A DNA stretch of 64,000 nucleotides from a bacterium (lineage in GTDB: Bacteria; UBA8248): NCBI GenBank assembly GCA_965203325.1, contig OZ241875.1, forward strand, positions 800,001-864,000, in the 5' to 3' direction. Positions 1-10,321 of the stretch are shown here, piece by piece (positions within the stretch are counted from its first letter, which is position 1; each line of letters starts with the position of its first letter). A model generated the notes under the pieces. The model made no database searches, was not told the origin of the DNA, and saw only the letters and a list, made by a program, of their open reading frames with translations. The position numbers were made by a program, and so were the translations under genes.

Positions 1-113
1 ATCTCTTCGCTCAAATCCGTCAGGACCACCGGAATCTCGTTTTGCGCGAAAAGCTGGGCGATTCCTGCGCCCATCGTGCCCGCGCCCACCACCATTGCCT
101 TTTCCATTCCCAT
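1..113 (-). CDS. 3-hydroxyacyl-CoA dehydrogenase family, N-terminal part (runs off window edge)
   Basis: Manual translation MGMEKAMVVGAGTMGAGIAQLFAQNEIPVVLTD; Rossmann GAGTMGxGIA motif; directly downstream of a thiolase. Confidence 0.85.
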   Translation of the reverse strand, partial: MGMEKAMVVGAGTMGAGIAQLFAQNEIPVVLTDLSEE

Positions 114-152
114 CTCACCCTCTTGCTTTGCCGAACCGTATAATCATTGCGC

Positions 153-1337
153 CTATGCGACGCGCTCCAGCACGACGGCCACCCCCTGGCCCCCGCCGAT
201 GCAGGCGCTCACGACGCCGAACTGCCCGCCCCTTTGCTCGAGCGCGCTCAGGCAGGTGGCGATGATCTTACCGCCCGTTGCGCCCACCGGGTGGCCGAGC
301 GCGATGGCGCCGCCGTGTACGTTCAGCTTTTTCCTGTCCCACTCGAGTTCGCGCTCACAAGCGATGACCTGGGCGGCGAACGCCTCGTTCACCTCGATCA
401 AATCCATGTCCGCAAGCGCGAGGCCCGCGCGTTCGAGCGCCTTCGGCATGGCCGTGACGGGCCCCAACCCCATGTAGCGGGGCTCCACGCCCGTCGAGGC
501 ATAGCCGCGCAGGACGGCGACGGGCTTCGCGCCCAAATCGTCGGCCTTTTCCTTCGACGCCAGCACGAGGGCGGAGGCCGCATCCGCCTGGCAGCAGGAA
601 TTGCCGGGGGTGACGGAGCCGTTCTTGTCGAAAACGGGCCGGAGGCGGCCCAGCTTTTCCATCGACATGCCGCTGCGCGGCGTCTCGTCCCTATCGAACA
701 CGTTCACCTCGCCCTTGCGCCCTTTTAGTTCGACCGGCACGATCTCATCGGCGAACTTTCCGCCCTCGACGGCCGCCACGGCCTTCTCCTGGCTTTCGAG
801 CGCGTACTCATCCTGCTCCTCTCGGCTCAGGTTGTATTTTTCCACCAGATTCTCCGCCGTCACGCCCATGAGTTGCCCCGAGAGCGGGTCCTCATAGCCG
901 TCCTTGTAGATCAGGTCCAGAAACTGCGCGTGGCCGAAGCGGTTCCCCCACCGCGCGCCCGGGTTCACGAAGGGCACGTTGGAGGTGCTCTCCACGCCGC
1001 CCGCGAGCACGACATCCGCATCGCCCGCGCGGATCGCCTGGGCGGCGAGGGCGGCGGCCTTGATGCTCGAGCCGCAGCGCTTGTTGATGGTGTAAGCGGG
1101 CGTCTCCTTGGGAAGCCCCGCGCCCACCGAGATGAGCCGCGCGGAATTGGGACCCACCCCCGCCTGCCAGCCGTGGCCGATGATGGTCTCGTCGAAATGT
1201 TCCGGCGCCACGCCCGATCTTTGAACCGCCTCACGCGCGATGTGAACACCCATCTCCGGCGCGGTCATGCCTTTGAGCGCGCCGCCGAAGGCCCCGCCCG
1301 GGGAGCGAACGCTGCTGAGAATGACGACGTCTTTCAT
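153..1337 (-). CDS. Acetyl-CoA C-acyltransferase (thiolase)
   Basis: INKRCGSS, NEAF, GGAIALGHPVGATG, CIGGGQG motifs; start taken at MKDVV. Confidence 0.95.
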   Translation of the reverse strand: MKDVVILSSVRSPGGAFGGALKGMTAPEMGVHIAREAVQRSGVAPEHFDETIIGHGWQAGVGPNSARLISVGAGLPKETPAYTINKRCGSSIKAAALAAQAIRAGDADVVLAGGVESTSNVPFVNPGARWGNRFGHAQFLDLIYKDGYEDPLSGQLMGVTAENLVEKYNLSREEQDEYALESQEKAVAAVEGGKFADEIVPVELKGRKGEVNVFDRDETPRSGMSMEKLGRLRPVFDKNGSVTPGNSCCQADAASALVLASKEKADDLGAKPVAVLRGYASTGVEPRYMGLGPVTAMPKALERAGLALADMDLIEVNEAFAAQVIACERELEWDRKKLNVHGGAIALGHPVGATGGKIIATCLSALEQRGGQFGVVSACIGGGQGVAVVLERVA

Positions 1338-1535
1338 ATAAGCCCTCAATTAACAAAAGGATGAGATATCTTTTCTCCAAATTACCAGAGCAGATAACTC
1401 AAATGCCTGAAACGATATCTCCATGTGTCAGGAGTTCTTATGGCATACCTCGAACACGGTAGGCAAGGAATGAGATGAAACGAAACCTTGGGACGCCTCG
1501 GGCGGCTTAGGCGTGAAACTCATTCAGCAAGAGAG

Positions 1536-2501
1536 CTACCCCCGTAAATCCTCCAGCAGTTTCAGGAAATCCACCGGAGGTTCGGCCAGCAGTTCCCGCT
1601 CGTCCCCTTCGATGGGATGGCGGAAAACCAGCCTGTGCGCATGGAGAGCCTGTCTCCCGATGAGGCTCTTTTGATTCGATTTGTTCTTCTTGCGGGGCCC
1701 TCTCGGCAACCTCCCCAGACCGTAGACCGGGTCGCCCAGGACGGGATGCCCGATATGGCTCATGTGCACCCTGATCTGGTGCGTTCTGCCCGTTTCGAGC
1801 GTAATGCCCAAAAGCGAAGCGCCTCCCAGCACTTCACGGACCGCGTAGTGAGTCACCGCCCGACGCCCGCTCTCCACAACCGCCATGGCCGTCCTGTGGG
1901 CCGGATGGCGTCCGATGGGAGCGTCTACCGTCCCCTCCCCTTGGGCGGGGATGCCGCGGACGATGGCCAGATAGTGGCGGTGAACCCGGCGCGCCTTGAG
2001 ATCGGCGGATAGTTTTCGGTGCGCGGCATCCGTTTTCGCCGCAATCAGCAGGCCGGACGTGTCCTTGTCGAGCCGGTGAACGATGCCGGGCCTCTCCACC
2101 CCGCCGATGCCCGAGAGCTGTCCTCTACAGTGATGCAAAAGAGCGGCGGCGAGGGTTCCCTTGCGCTGCCCGGCTCCCGGGTGAACCACCATGCCGGGCG
2201 GCTTGTTGATCACGAGAAGGTGCGCGTCCTCGTAGCGAACGTCGAGCGCAATCTCTTCGGCCTCGATGTGGGAGGGCGCGGGAGGCGGCAGCGTCACCAC
2301 GACGCGTGCGCCGCCCGGGAGGGCGTGCGCCGTTTTCGTCTCCACTCTTCCATCGACCGAGACCATGCCGTCCCGGATGAGCCCCTGCACGCGCGAGCGG
2401 GAGAGGTCTTTCAAATTGTGAGCCAGAAACGAATCGACCCGCTTGGCGCCTTCACGGCAGACAAGCGCCCAGGTTTTCTCGCCTCCCTCCGCCACACTCA
2501 T
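1536..2501 (-). CDS. rluD: RluA-family pseudouridine synthase (RluD-like, S4 domain)
   Basis: HRLDKDTSG and GRTHQIRVH motifs; ATG at 2501 overlaps the upstream stop (ATGA). Confidence 0.9.
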   Translation of the reverse strand: MSVAEGGEKTWALVCREGAKRVDSFLAHNLKDLSRSRVQGLIRDGMVSVDGRVETKTAHALPGGARVVVTLPPPAPSHIEAEEIALDVRYEDAHLLVINKPPGMVVHPGAGQRKGTLAAALLHHCRGQLSGIGGVERPGIVHRLDKDTSGLLIAAKTDAAHRKLSADLKARRVHRHYLAIVRGIPAQGEGTVDAPIGRHPAHRTAMAVVESGRRAVTHYAVREVLGGASLLGITLETGRTHQIRVHMSHIGHPVLGDPVYGLGRLPRGPRKKNKSNQKSLIGRQALHAHRLVFRHPIEGDERELLAEPPVDFLKLLEDLRG

Positions 2502-3046
2502 ACCTTGACGAGGGCGCCGATGACGCGCGTTCTGGGGTAGAGCGTTCCCCGGACATGATCGCCCGTAGCCAGGAGGTCGTGATAGCCCTGCGCGGCCAGG
2601 AACCAGCCTTCCTTGATGATTTTTCCGCTCCCGAGCGTCAGCGGGCGCATGCCTACGCCGCGAACGATTCTGAGGTGATATTTTTCTTCCAGGAAGGCCA
2701 GTTTGTTCCAGAAGATATAGGAGGCTTTGGACGCGACGCGGCCCTCGAAGTTCACCGGTTCGCCCATCAGGTCTCTGAGCGCGCGAGAGGCTCGCCAGAA
2801 TGAATAAGCGAGAAAAACGCCCAGAACAGATGCGGCGGCGTAAAAGAGCGTCTCTTCTTGAAGCGGGCGCTGCGCAAACAGGTATCCCAGGCCCGAAATG
2901 CAGGCCAGAGAAACAACGCTCCAGACAACAGACGTGTTCCACAGATAATGGCGCGCATAGCCGCGCGCCCTGGTCGCCGAGCCTACGGAGGGTTTGTTTC
3001 GACTCGCATGCGTTCCCGAGAACGGGAAGGGGCCGAGCATCTCCAT
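2498..3046 (-). CDS. Hypothetical membrane protein (two predicted TM helices)
   Basis: Fills the lspA-rluD gap on the same strand, stop coupled to rluD start; start uncertain. Confidence 0.6.
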   Translation of the reverse strand: MEMLGPFPFSGTHASRNKPSVGSATRARGYARHYLWNTSVVWSVVSLACISGLGYLFAQRPLQEETLFYAAASVLGVFLAYSFWRASRALRDLMGEPVNFEGRVASKASYIFWNKLAFLEEKYHLRIVRGVGMRPLTLGSGKIIKEGWFLAAQGYHDLLATGDHVRGTLYPRTRVIGALVKV

Positions 3047-3103
3047 CCCTCCGGAAAGAAATCCACTTCTCGTGAAAACCGGCTGCTGCCCGGTCGAACC
3101 GCT

Positions 3104-3613
3104 CTACCCGCCTTTCCCCTTCGATGCGGTCTCGGCCGGACTCCGCAAGAGATCGAGTATCATCAGACCGACACCGACCGTGATGCCTGAGTCCGCCAGG
3201 TTGAACGCGGGCCAATGGTATTGCCCATAATAGAACAGGAGATAGTCGATCACCTCGCCGTGGGCGACCCTGTCGACCAGGTTTCCCAGTCCGCCGCCGA
3301 AAACGAGAATCATGCCCGCTCTTCCCCAGAGATTTTCCGGCGGATGAGAGCGGTATAGATAGAGGACGAACGCCAACGCGGCCAGGGTGGCGCAGATAAA
3401 GAAAAGACGCCCCCACAGGGGAGGCAGGCCGTCGAGGATGCTGAACGCCCCGCCGGAATTTCTCAAATGTACGAGGTTGAAAAAACCCGGAATCACCGCT
3501 ACCGAGTCGCCCAGGGCGAAGGTTTTATCGACGATTTGCTTGACCACCTGATCGGCCAGGGCGAAAAGAGCGGCGATGAGGAAAAACGGTTTGAGCCCCG
3601 GCCTTCGGCTCAC
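3104..3613 (-). CDS. lspA: Lipoprotein signal peptidase II
   Basis: NSGGAFS, GNLVDR, VIDY, FNLADS motifs; follows ileS. Confidence 0.95.
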   Translation of the reverse strand: MSRRPGLKPFFLIAALFALADQVVKQIVDKTFALGDSVAVIPGFFNLVHLRNSGGAFSILDGLPPLWGRLFFICATLAALAFVLYLYRSHPPENLWGRAGMILVFGGGLGNLVDRVAHGEVIDYLLFYYGQYHWPAFNLADSGITVGVGLMILDLLRSPAETASKGKGG

Positions 3614-6465
3614 GAAAGCACCTTCGCGGCGATGCGGGCGCAGCGCGCCGAGAGGTCGGGGAAACGCGGGTCAGAACCCACGTCTTCCGAGATTTTCCAC
3701 GACATGGCGCACTTCGCCCCCCGCGCCTCGTTCACCTCGACGGCCAGACCCTCCACCTCCTCGCTGCGGTAAACATCGCCCGAGGGCGCCTCGCCTGAGT
3801 CTGCGAGCGCGGCGCCCGAGACGATGAACACGTCTTCCATCTCGGGTTCCAGAACCGCCAGCCTCTCGCGCATACTCTCCTCGGTGAACAGCCTCACGCT
3901 GAAATTGAGAGAACTGCCCTTGCCCTTTTCCTGATTCTGGCGGACGAGTTCGAGCGCCTTGAGCACCTCGGCCCGCGCGCGCATGAGCGGTTCCCATTTC
4001 TCTTCGAGCGCCTCGTCGCGCCGCGCAGCGTCGGCCTCGGGCAGGGACGCCAGGTGAATGCTCTCGCCGTGTAGTTTCGGCGTGAGTTGATAGGCTTCTT
4101 CCGCCGTGAAGGGCAGGATCGGCGCCATCATCCGGAGCAGCGCATCCAGGATTTCGTGCATGGTGCTGACGCCCGATATTCTGTCCACGTCGTCGGGCAG
4201 GGAGATGTAGAGCCTGTCCTTCAAGACGTCGAGATAGAACGAGGACAAATCGACCGCGCAGAAGTTGTTGAGCGCATGGTAGACGGCGTGAAACTCATAA
4301 TCGGCATAGGCCTGCCGCACGCGCTCGACGAGCCTGTCCAGGCGGCTGATGATGAGCCTGTCGATCTCCATGCGCTCTGCCAGCGGAACGGCGTCCTCGC
4401 CGGTGTCGAAGCTCTCATAGTCTCTCAGGTTGCCCAGCAGGAAGCGGCACGTATTCCTGATCCGGCGGTAGGCCTCCGCCATGCGGTCGAGAATCTGCGG
4501 GGAGATGCGGATGTCTTCCCTGTAGTTCTCCCCGGCGACCCAGAGCCTTAATATCTCGGCGCCGTATTTCTTGATGATCTCTTCGGGCGCGATCGTGTTG
4601 CCGAGCGATTTGCTCATCTTCTTGCCCTTGCCGTCCACCACGTAGCCGTGGGTGAGCACTTCGCGGTAGGGCGCCGCGTCCCTGACGCCGACGGCGGCGA
4701 GCAGGGAACTGTGGAACCAGCCGCGGTGCTGATCGCTGCCTTCGAGATACATGTCCGAAGGCCACGTCAACTCTTCTCTTTTCTCCAGGACGGCCGCCTG
4801 GCTCACGCCCGAGTCGAACCATACGTCGAGAATGTCGGTCTCTTTCCTGAAAGACGTGCCGCCGCATTTGGGGCAGGTGAAACCCGGCGGCAGAAGTTCC
4901 GCGGCCGGTCTCTCGAACCATACGTCCGCGCCGCCTTCTTCCATCAGGTCGGCCACGCGGTGCGCCACCTCGGCGTCCACCACGACGTGCCCGCAATCCT
5001 CGCAATGGAAGGCGACGATAGGCACGCCCCAGGAGCGCTGGCGCGAGATGCACCAGTCCGGCCTGTTCTCGATCATGCCGTAGATGCGCTCCTCGCCCCA
5101 AGGCGGCACCCAGGCGACTTTTCGAATTTCCTCCAGCGAGCGCTTTCTCAAATCGGCGTGCTCCATCGAGATGAACCACTGCGGCGTCGCGCGGAAGATG
5201 GTCGGCCTGTGGCTGCGCCAGTCGTGCGGATAGGGGTGGGTGTAATCCTCCACCGCGAACAAATGGCCCGAATCGCGCAGATGGGCAATGATGTTCGGAT
5301 CCGCATCGAAGACGAACTGGCCTGCGAAATGCGCCACGTCGTCGGTGAACTTCCCGTCATCCGCGATGGGGCTGTAGACTTCGAGGCCGTATTTGAGGCC
5401 GGTCTCGTAGTCCTCGCGCCCGTGGCCGGGAGCGGTGTGCACGACGCCCGTCCCCTGATCGAGGGTGACGTAATCGGCCTTCACGACGAGCGAGTCGCGC
5501 TCTATCCAGGGGTGTCGCGCGTGCAAGCCCTCGATCTCGCCTCCCTGGAAGCCCGCCACCTTCTGGAAGGCGCCGCTCGCACCCTCTTGTTCGGCCAACT
5601 CTTTCAACCGGGGCAGGAAATGCTCATGGAATATCAGCAACTCCTCCCCGTGGCGGAATACGCCGTATTCGAGAGTCTCGCTGAACGCCAGCGCCAGATT
5701 GGCGGGCAGCGTCCAGGGCGTCGTCGTCCAGATGAGAACGCTCACCCGCGAACCTTCCGCGGCCTCGTCCAGACCTTCGATCTTCTCCGCCCAGCCCGGC
5801 AACTGCTCGTCCGAGATGGGGAACTTCACATAGATGCTCGGCGTGGTGACCTCCTCATACTCCACTTCGGCCTCGGCCAGCGCGGTCCTCAGACCCGGCG
5901 CCCAGTGCACGGGTTTGAGACCCAGATACACGCCGCCGCGCTCGATGAAGCGCGCCAGTTCGCGCACGGTGGCGGCCTCGTAGTCGTAGCTCATGGTGAG
6001 GTAGGGCCGCTCCCAGTCGCCGAAGACGCCCAGGCGCTTGAACTCGTCCCGTTGGATGTCGATGTATTTCTCCGCGTATTCGCGGCACATCCTGCGCTTT
6101 TGCACCTCGTCTATCTCGAAGCGCTTGCGGCCGAGTTCCTTGTCCACCTGGTGTTCGATCGGCAGGCCGTGGCAGTCCCATCCCGGCACGTAGACGGCGT
6201 CGAAGCCGGCCATCTGCTTCGATTTCACCACGACGTCCTTCAATATCTTGTTCAGCACCGTGCCCAGGTGGATATGCCCGTTCGCATAGGGGGGGCCGTC
6301 GTGCAGGATGTATTTCTTGCAGCCCTGCGATGCGTCCCTGATCTTCTCGTAAATACCCTGCGCCTCCCAGGACTCGAGCATCTGCGGCTCGCGCCGGGGC
6401 AGGTTCCCCTTCATGGGAAACGAGGTTTTGGGCAGGTTCAAGAGTTCCTTGTAGTTCGTCGTCAT
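3610..6465 (-). CDS. ileS: Isoleucine--tRNA ligase
   Basis: [35 protein letters not shown] motifs. Confidence 0.98.
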   Translation of the reverse strand: MTTNYKELLNLPKTSFPMKGNLPRREPQMLESWEAQGIYEKIRDASQGCKKYILHDGPPYANGHIHLGTVLNKILKDVVVKSKQMAGFDAVYVPGWDCHGLPIEHQVDKELGRKRFEIDEVQKRRMCREYAEKYIDIQRDEFKRLGVFGDWERPYLTMSYDYEAATVRELARFIERGGVYLGLKPVHWAPGLRTALAEAEVEYEEVTTPSIYVKFPISDEQLPGWAEKIEGLDEAAEGSRVSVLIWTTTPWTLPANLALAFSETLEYGVFRHGEELLIFHEHFLPRLKELAEQEGASGAFQKVAGFQGGEIEGLHARHPWIERDSLVVKADYVTLDQGTGVVHTAPGHGREDYETGLKYGLEVYSPIADDGKFTDDVAHFAGQFVFDADPNIIAHLRDSGHLFAVEDYTHPYPHDWRSHRPTIFRATPQWFISMEHADLRKRSLEEIRKVAWVPPWGEERIYGMIENRPDWCISRQRSWGVPIVAFHCEDCGHVVVDAEVAHRVADLMEEGGADVWFERPAAELLPPGFTCPKCGGTSFRKETDILDVWFDSGVSQAAVLEKREELTWPSDMYLEGSDQHRGWFHSSLLAAVGVRDAAPYREVLTHGYVVDGKGKKMSKSLGNTIAPEEIIKKYGAEILRLWVAGENYREDIRISPQILDRMAEAYRRIRNTCRFLLGNLRDYESFDTGEDAVPLAERMEIDRLIISRLDRLVERVRQAYADYEFHAVYHALNNFCAVDLSSFYLDVLKDRLYISLPDDVDRISGVSTMHEILDALLRMMAPILPFTAEEAYQLTPKLHGESIHLASLPEADAARRDEALEEKWEPLMRARAEVLKALELVRQNQEKGKGSSLNFSVRLFTEESMRERLAVLEPEMEDVFIVSGAALADSGEAPSGDVYRSEEVEGLAVEVNEARGAKCAMSWKISEDVGSDPRFPDLSARCARIAAKVLS

Positions 6466-6481
6466 TCTCCCATCCAGTCCT

Positions 6482-7504
6482 TTATGTCGTTTCGACAGCC
6501 GATACGGGCATCCCGGGGATTCCCGCCGCCTCCCTCACGAGGCGCATCGTCTTTTGCGCCTCCGCCCTGGCCCTGGCGCCGCCTTCGGCCAGAACGTCCT
6601 CCACATAGCCGATATCCCCTTCCAGGCGTTTCCTCTCTTCCCGGTAAGGTGCGAAATACGCATCCATCTTCTCGAAAAGAGCCTGTTTCGCATGGCCGTA
6701 GCCGAAGCCGGGCGTCCGGTATTGCTCCCTGAGCTCCTCCTGTTCCGCCTCATCGGAGAAGAGTTGATACAGGGCGAACACGTTGCAGGCGTCAGGGTCT
6801 TTGGGCTCTTCGAGCGGGGTGGAGTCGGTGACGATCGACATCACCCGCTTCCTGAGTTTTTTCCCCTCCTCGAAAATCTCGATGGTGTTGTCATAGCTCT
6901 TGCTCATCTTCTGGCCGTCCAAGCCCGGCACCTTGGCCCCCGCATCGAGCCGGACGGTGGGCAGGGGGAAGATTTCCCCATACGCGTTGTTGAACGCCAG
7001 GGCCATGTCGCGCGTCATCTCGAGATGCTGCACCTGATCCTCTCCCACGGGCACGACCGTGGAGCGGTAGATGAGGATGTCGGCGGCCATGAGCATCGGG
7101 TAATAATAAAGCCCCATCGAGGGCGTGATGCCTCGCGCCACCTTGTCCTTGAACGACGTGGCGCGATCCAGAAGCCCCTTTCCCGTGACGGCGGAGAGCA
7201 TCCAGGCGAGTTCGTTCACCTCGGGCACGTCGGACTGGCGGAAGAAAACCGCCTTTTCGGGGTCCAGACCCAATGCGAGATAGTCCATCGCCACGGCAAG
7301 CGTCTGCTCCGCCAGCAAGTCCTTGTCCTGCACCGTCGTCATGGCGTGGTAGTTCGCAATAAAATAGAAGGCCTCAGCCTCATCCTGGAGCGCGATGTGC
7401 TGTTTGAGCGCGCCGAAATAATTGCCCAGGTGCAGTTTTCCCGAGGGCTGCACTCCGGAGAGAAACCGCGTCGGCCGGTTTTTCTCGTTTTGGCTATCCG
7501 TCAT
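6482..7504 (-). CDS. trpS: Tryptophan--tRNA ligase
   Basis: [26 protein letters not shown] motifs. Confidence 0.97.
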   Translation of the reverse strand: MTDSQNEKNRPTRFLSGVQPSGKLHLGNYFGALKQHIALQDEAEAFYFIANYHAMTTVQDKDLLAEQTLAVAMDYLALGLDPEKAVFFRQSDVPEVNELAWMLSAVTGKGLLDRATSFKDKVARGITPSMGLYYYPMLMAADILIYRSTVVPVGEDQVQHLEMTRDMALAFNNAYGEIFPLPTVRLDAGAKVPGLDGQKMSKSYDNTIEIFEEGKKLRKRVMSIVTDSTPLEEPKDPDACNVFALYQLFSDEAEQEELREQYRTPGFGYGHAKQALFEKMDAYFAPYREERKRLEGDIGYVEDVLAEGGARARAEAQKTMRLVREAAGIPGMPVSAVETT

Positions 7505-7541
7505 CCGAGTGTCCTTTATCCGCGCGCCTGCGAGAAACCCG

Positions 7542-8213
7542 CTACGCCAAACCGAAGATTCTGAGAAGATTTAGCACAAAAACCTGCTCGGCCGTAGCCA
7601 GGGCGACGAAAATCGGCATCATGATCGTGTGCAGCGCGCCCAGCAGCAACAGGCCCAGCACGATGAAGAACCCGAACGGCTCGCTGCGCGAGTACTGCCA
7701 CGCCAGTCTTCTCGGCAAAAGCCCCATGACAATCCTCCCCCCGTCGAAGGGGAGGATGGGAATCAGGTTGAACGCCGCGAGCGCGGTGTTGATGGTGAAG
7801 CTCGCCCGCAGCATCAACATGAGCGGCTCGCCCACGAAGGTGAAGCCCAGGCCCGAGCCGCGCAGCAGAGAAAACAAAAAACCGCTGATGATCGCCAGGA
7901 TGAAGTTCGTCGCCGGCCCGGCGAGGGCCACCCACATCATTCCCCGTCTGGGATGACGGAAATTGCGCGGATCCACCGGCACCGGCTTCGCCCAGCCGAA
8001 GCCAACGCCCCCCACCATGGAGATGACGAAAGCGAGCGTCCCCATCAAATCGAGATGGACGATGGGATTCAGATTGATACGCCCCAGCATGCGCGCGGTG
8101 TTGTCGCCCAGCTTCTCGGCCATCCAGCCGTGCGCCACCTCGTGAAAGGTGAGCGCCAGCAGAATGGCCGGTATCGCGATCAGCAACTGCTGAATGAAAT
8201 CCGAGGAGAACAA
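7542..8213 (-). CDS. Site-2 protease family (M50) membrane metalloprotease
   Basis: HEVAH, AGPATN, FNLIPILPFDGG motifs. Confidence 0.93.
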   Translation of the reverse strand: MFSSDFIQQLLIAIPAILLALTFHEVAHGWMAEKLGDNTARMLGRINLNPIVHLDLMGTLAFVISMVGGVGFGWAKPVPVDPRNFRHPRRGMMWVALAGPATNFILAIISGFLFSLLRGSGLGFTFVGEPLMLMLRASFTINTALAAFNLIPILPFDGGRIVMGLLPRRLAWQYSRSEPFGFFIVLGLLLLGALHTIMMPIFVALATAEQVFVLNLLRIFGLA

Positions 8214-8370
8214 GGCAGTCCCTTACCCCGTATGAGAGGCGACAATGAACGAGCGGCATGAACCCCTGACATTCACAAACCGGGCGCTTTACCAAGCAAA
8301 CCCGCTGGATTCTAGGGGCATAGGCAGATAGGGTCAAACGCGATACGCGCCGTGAAAACCGGCCCCGCGA

Positions 8371-8925
8371 CTATCTCGCCTGGCCGAACGAATCCTGGAA
8401 GAAAATCTCGGCGGGATCCTTGCGCGCGGGCGGCTTGTTGTCCTTCGCCTGCACGTCGGGGTGCAGATCTTCGGTCTTGCCCGGATACCCCACGGCGAAG
8501 AGGGCCGCGACGCGAAACGGCTCGGGGATGCCGAAACCCTCCAGCACCTTCTGCTCGTCCCATCCCGCCATGGCGTGCACGGTCAGCCCGAAGTCACTGC
8601 CCTGGAGCAGGAGATTCTCGAGCGCCATGCCGACGTCGAGCAGGTATCGTTGCTGCCCGAAACGCTCGGGCTGTTCCTCGGGATTGCCGAGAACAACCAT
8701 CTTGAGCGGGGCCGCGGCCGCCCACTGGCGGTTCCCCTCGTTCAGGCATTCGTCGAACTTCGCCTGCGCCTCTTCAGACTCCACCACGATGACGCGCCAG
8801 GGCTGGCGGTTGTTCGATGACGGCGCCCAGCGGAACGCCTCGAGCATGGCTTCGAGCTTCTCGGGCTCGGGCGGCACGCCGTTGAAGGCGCGCCGGCTTC
8901 TTCGGTTCTTGATGAGTGGGTGCAT
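8371..8925 (-). CDS. Nitroreductase family protein
   Basis: RRSRR and APSSNNRQPW motifs; GAGGA RBS. Confidence 0.9.
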   Translation of the reverse strand: MHPLIKNRRSRRAFNGVPPEPEKLEAMLEAFRWAPSSNNRQPWRVIVVESEEAQAKFDECLNEGNRQWAAAAPLKMVVLGNPEEQPERFGQQRYLLDVGMALENLLLQGSDFGLTVHAMAGWDEQKVLEGFGIPEPFRVAALFAVGYPGKTEDLHPDVQAKDNKPPARKDPAEIFFQDSFGQAR

Positions 8926-9119
8926 CCGTTACTTCCTCCTTGGGAATAAAAAAAGACGAAACAAAGTAGCTATTTATAACGAACACGATATGCAGACAAC
9001 TACTTCATCAATTACAACCGCAAATACAGAGCAAACCCAGCAAAGATTAGCTCTTATGGACGATTCGTTATACAAATAGAGAACGAAACGAAACAACCAT
9101 GTATCTCGTTTTCTTTAGC

Positions 9120-9149
9120 TTGACATCAATACGTGTCATTACGTATATT
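9120..9149 (+). promoter_or_regulatory. Sigma70-type promoter with overlapping inverted repeat
   Basis: TTGACA (9120-9125), 18 nt, TATATT (9144-9149); TGACA-N8-TGTCA at 9121-9138. Confidence 0.65.
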
Positions 9150-9160
9150 AAATACAACAT

Positions 9161-9282
9161 AGCCACCACGCCTCTCGCATTGGTGCTTATTGATGATGCT
9201 AAACTTAAACGGGGCGACTATTTGACCCCGGAGAGTAGATCGTCAAAGGCTCCCCTTGATGATGCGGACCTTGGTGGCTTTT
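9161..9282 (+). ncRNA. Candidate structured ncRNA upstream of Abi gene (abiF-RNA-like antitoxin)
   Basis: AGCCACCA (9161-9168) pairs with TGGTGGCT (9272-9279) followed by a T run; inner stems CGCAT/ATGCG and CGGGG/CCCCG; begins just after the promoter. Confidence 0.55.
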
Positions 9283-9343
9283 GCTTTAGTTCTTCAGTGA
9301 TTTTTTGTACCTGCATCTTGGACACCCTGATCTTTGAGGTCTA

Positions 9344-10240
9344 TTGAAGATCCGCCATCTTACCTATGAACAACAGTTGGTTCACCTCAAAAAACAGGGT
9401 TTGAGCATAAAAGATAATGCTTTCGCCCTATCCAAACTCAAGACCATTGGCTACCACCGCTTAAAAGCATACTGCTCTCCATTCTGTGTTTGGGACAAAC
9501 ATTCCAAAAAAGTAACCAACCAATTCATCCGGAACGCAAACTTTAACGAAGTCATCAAGGTATATGAGTTCGACCGCCACTTGCGATTGCTGGTCATGGA
9601 CGCCATCGAAAGGGTGGAAGTCTATATTCGCACTTTAATCGCATATCACTTGGGCCATACATACGGTCCTTTCGGGCATACCGACGCATCGAATTTTCGC
9701 CCGGAATTCGACCATACGGATTGGCTTGGTAAGATAATAGAAGAAGCAAATCGCTCCAGGGATAGCTTTATCACGGACTATAAACTCAAGTATCCGCAGT
9801 CTTCTGCCTTACCAATCTGGATGAGCGCAGAAGTGATGTCGTTTGGAAGTTTGTCTTTTTGCTATAAAGGTTTGAAAGGCAATGACAAACAAGCCATTTA
9901 CCGGCAACTGGGACTTCGGGACAATCGCTTGGCGGATTGGCTACATCAGTTGACTGTTATACGCAATGTATGCGCCCATCATAATCGGCTTTGGAACAGA
10001 GAGGTTTCGATTAAGGGGAGACGCGTGCGCGATCCCGTTTGGAATCCACCGGTTACGCCCAGAAACGATCGCGTCTTCTTCATCCTCTTGATGTTGCGTT
10101 ATTTGTTGAAAACCATGGACGATAGAGATGACTGGCGCAATCAATGTACGGATTTAATTGAGCCGATAGCTCAGGAGAGGCGTTGGCGTGTGGCGATGGG
10201 AGTGCCGGAGAACTGGAAAAAACACCCGATATGGAATTAA
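9344..10240 (+). CDS. Abi family (AbiD/AbiF, Abi_2-like) HEPN protein
   Basis: LTYEQQL...IGYHRLKAY, YEFDRHLR, PIW...FGSLS, HEPN RNVCAHH; GAGGT RBS before TTG; lower GC than flanks. Confidence 0.9.
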   Translation: MKIRHLTYEQQLVHLKKQGLSIKDNAFALSKLKTIGYHRLKAYCSPFCVWDKHSKKVTNQFIRNANFNEVIKVYEFDRHLRLLVMDAIERVEVYIRTLIAYHLGHTYGPFGHTDASNFRPEFDHTDWLGKIIEEANRSRDSFITDYKLKYPQSSALPIWMSAEVMSFGSLSFCYKGLKGNDKQAIYRQLGLRDNRLADWLHQLTVIRNVCAHHNRLWNREVSIKGRRVRDPVWNPPVTPRNDRVFFILLMLRYLLKTMDDRDDWRNQCTDLIEPIAQERRWRVAMGVPENWKKHPIWN

Positions 10241-10321
10241 AAATCAAAACGTCCCACACATAATCCCTTAGTTATGCGGTGCATGGCAGCCGACCTAGGA
10301 TTTCGTCGGGAACCTTTACTC

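Noticed and set aside
2502..3416. N-terminal 300 aa of the 626-aa ORF 1536-3416
   Set aside because: Overlaps lspA and the membrane protein in other frames; RluD similarity starts at ATG 2501
4648..6732. Long antisense ORFs (also 24606-26891, 31785-33875, 35577-37901, 46055-47482, 52048-53415)
   Set aside because: Shadow frames opposite well-supported genes, expected in high-GC DNA
8214..8370. T-box or riboswitch ahead of the trpS-ileS run
   Set aside because: No T-box consensus or terminator/antiterminator recognised
9099..9347. 82-aa ORF upstream of the Abi gene as a protein antitoxin
   Set aside because: Starts upstream of the predicted promoter, lacks an RBS and any domain; better explained as structured RNA, though not excluded
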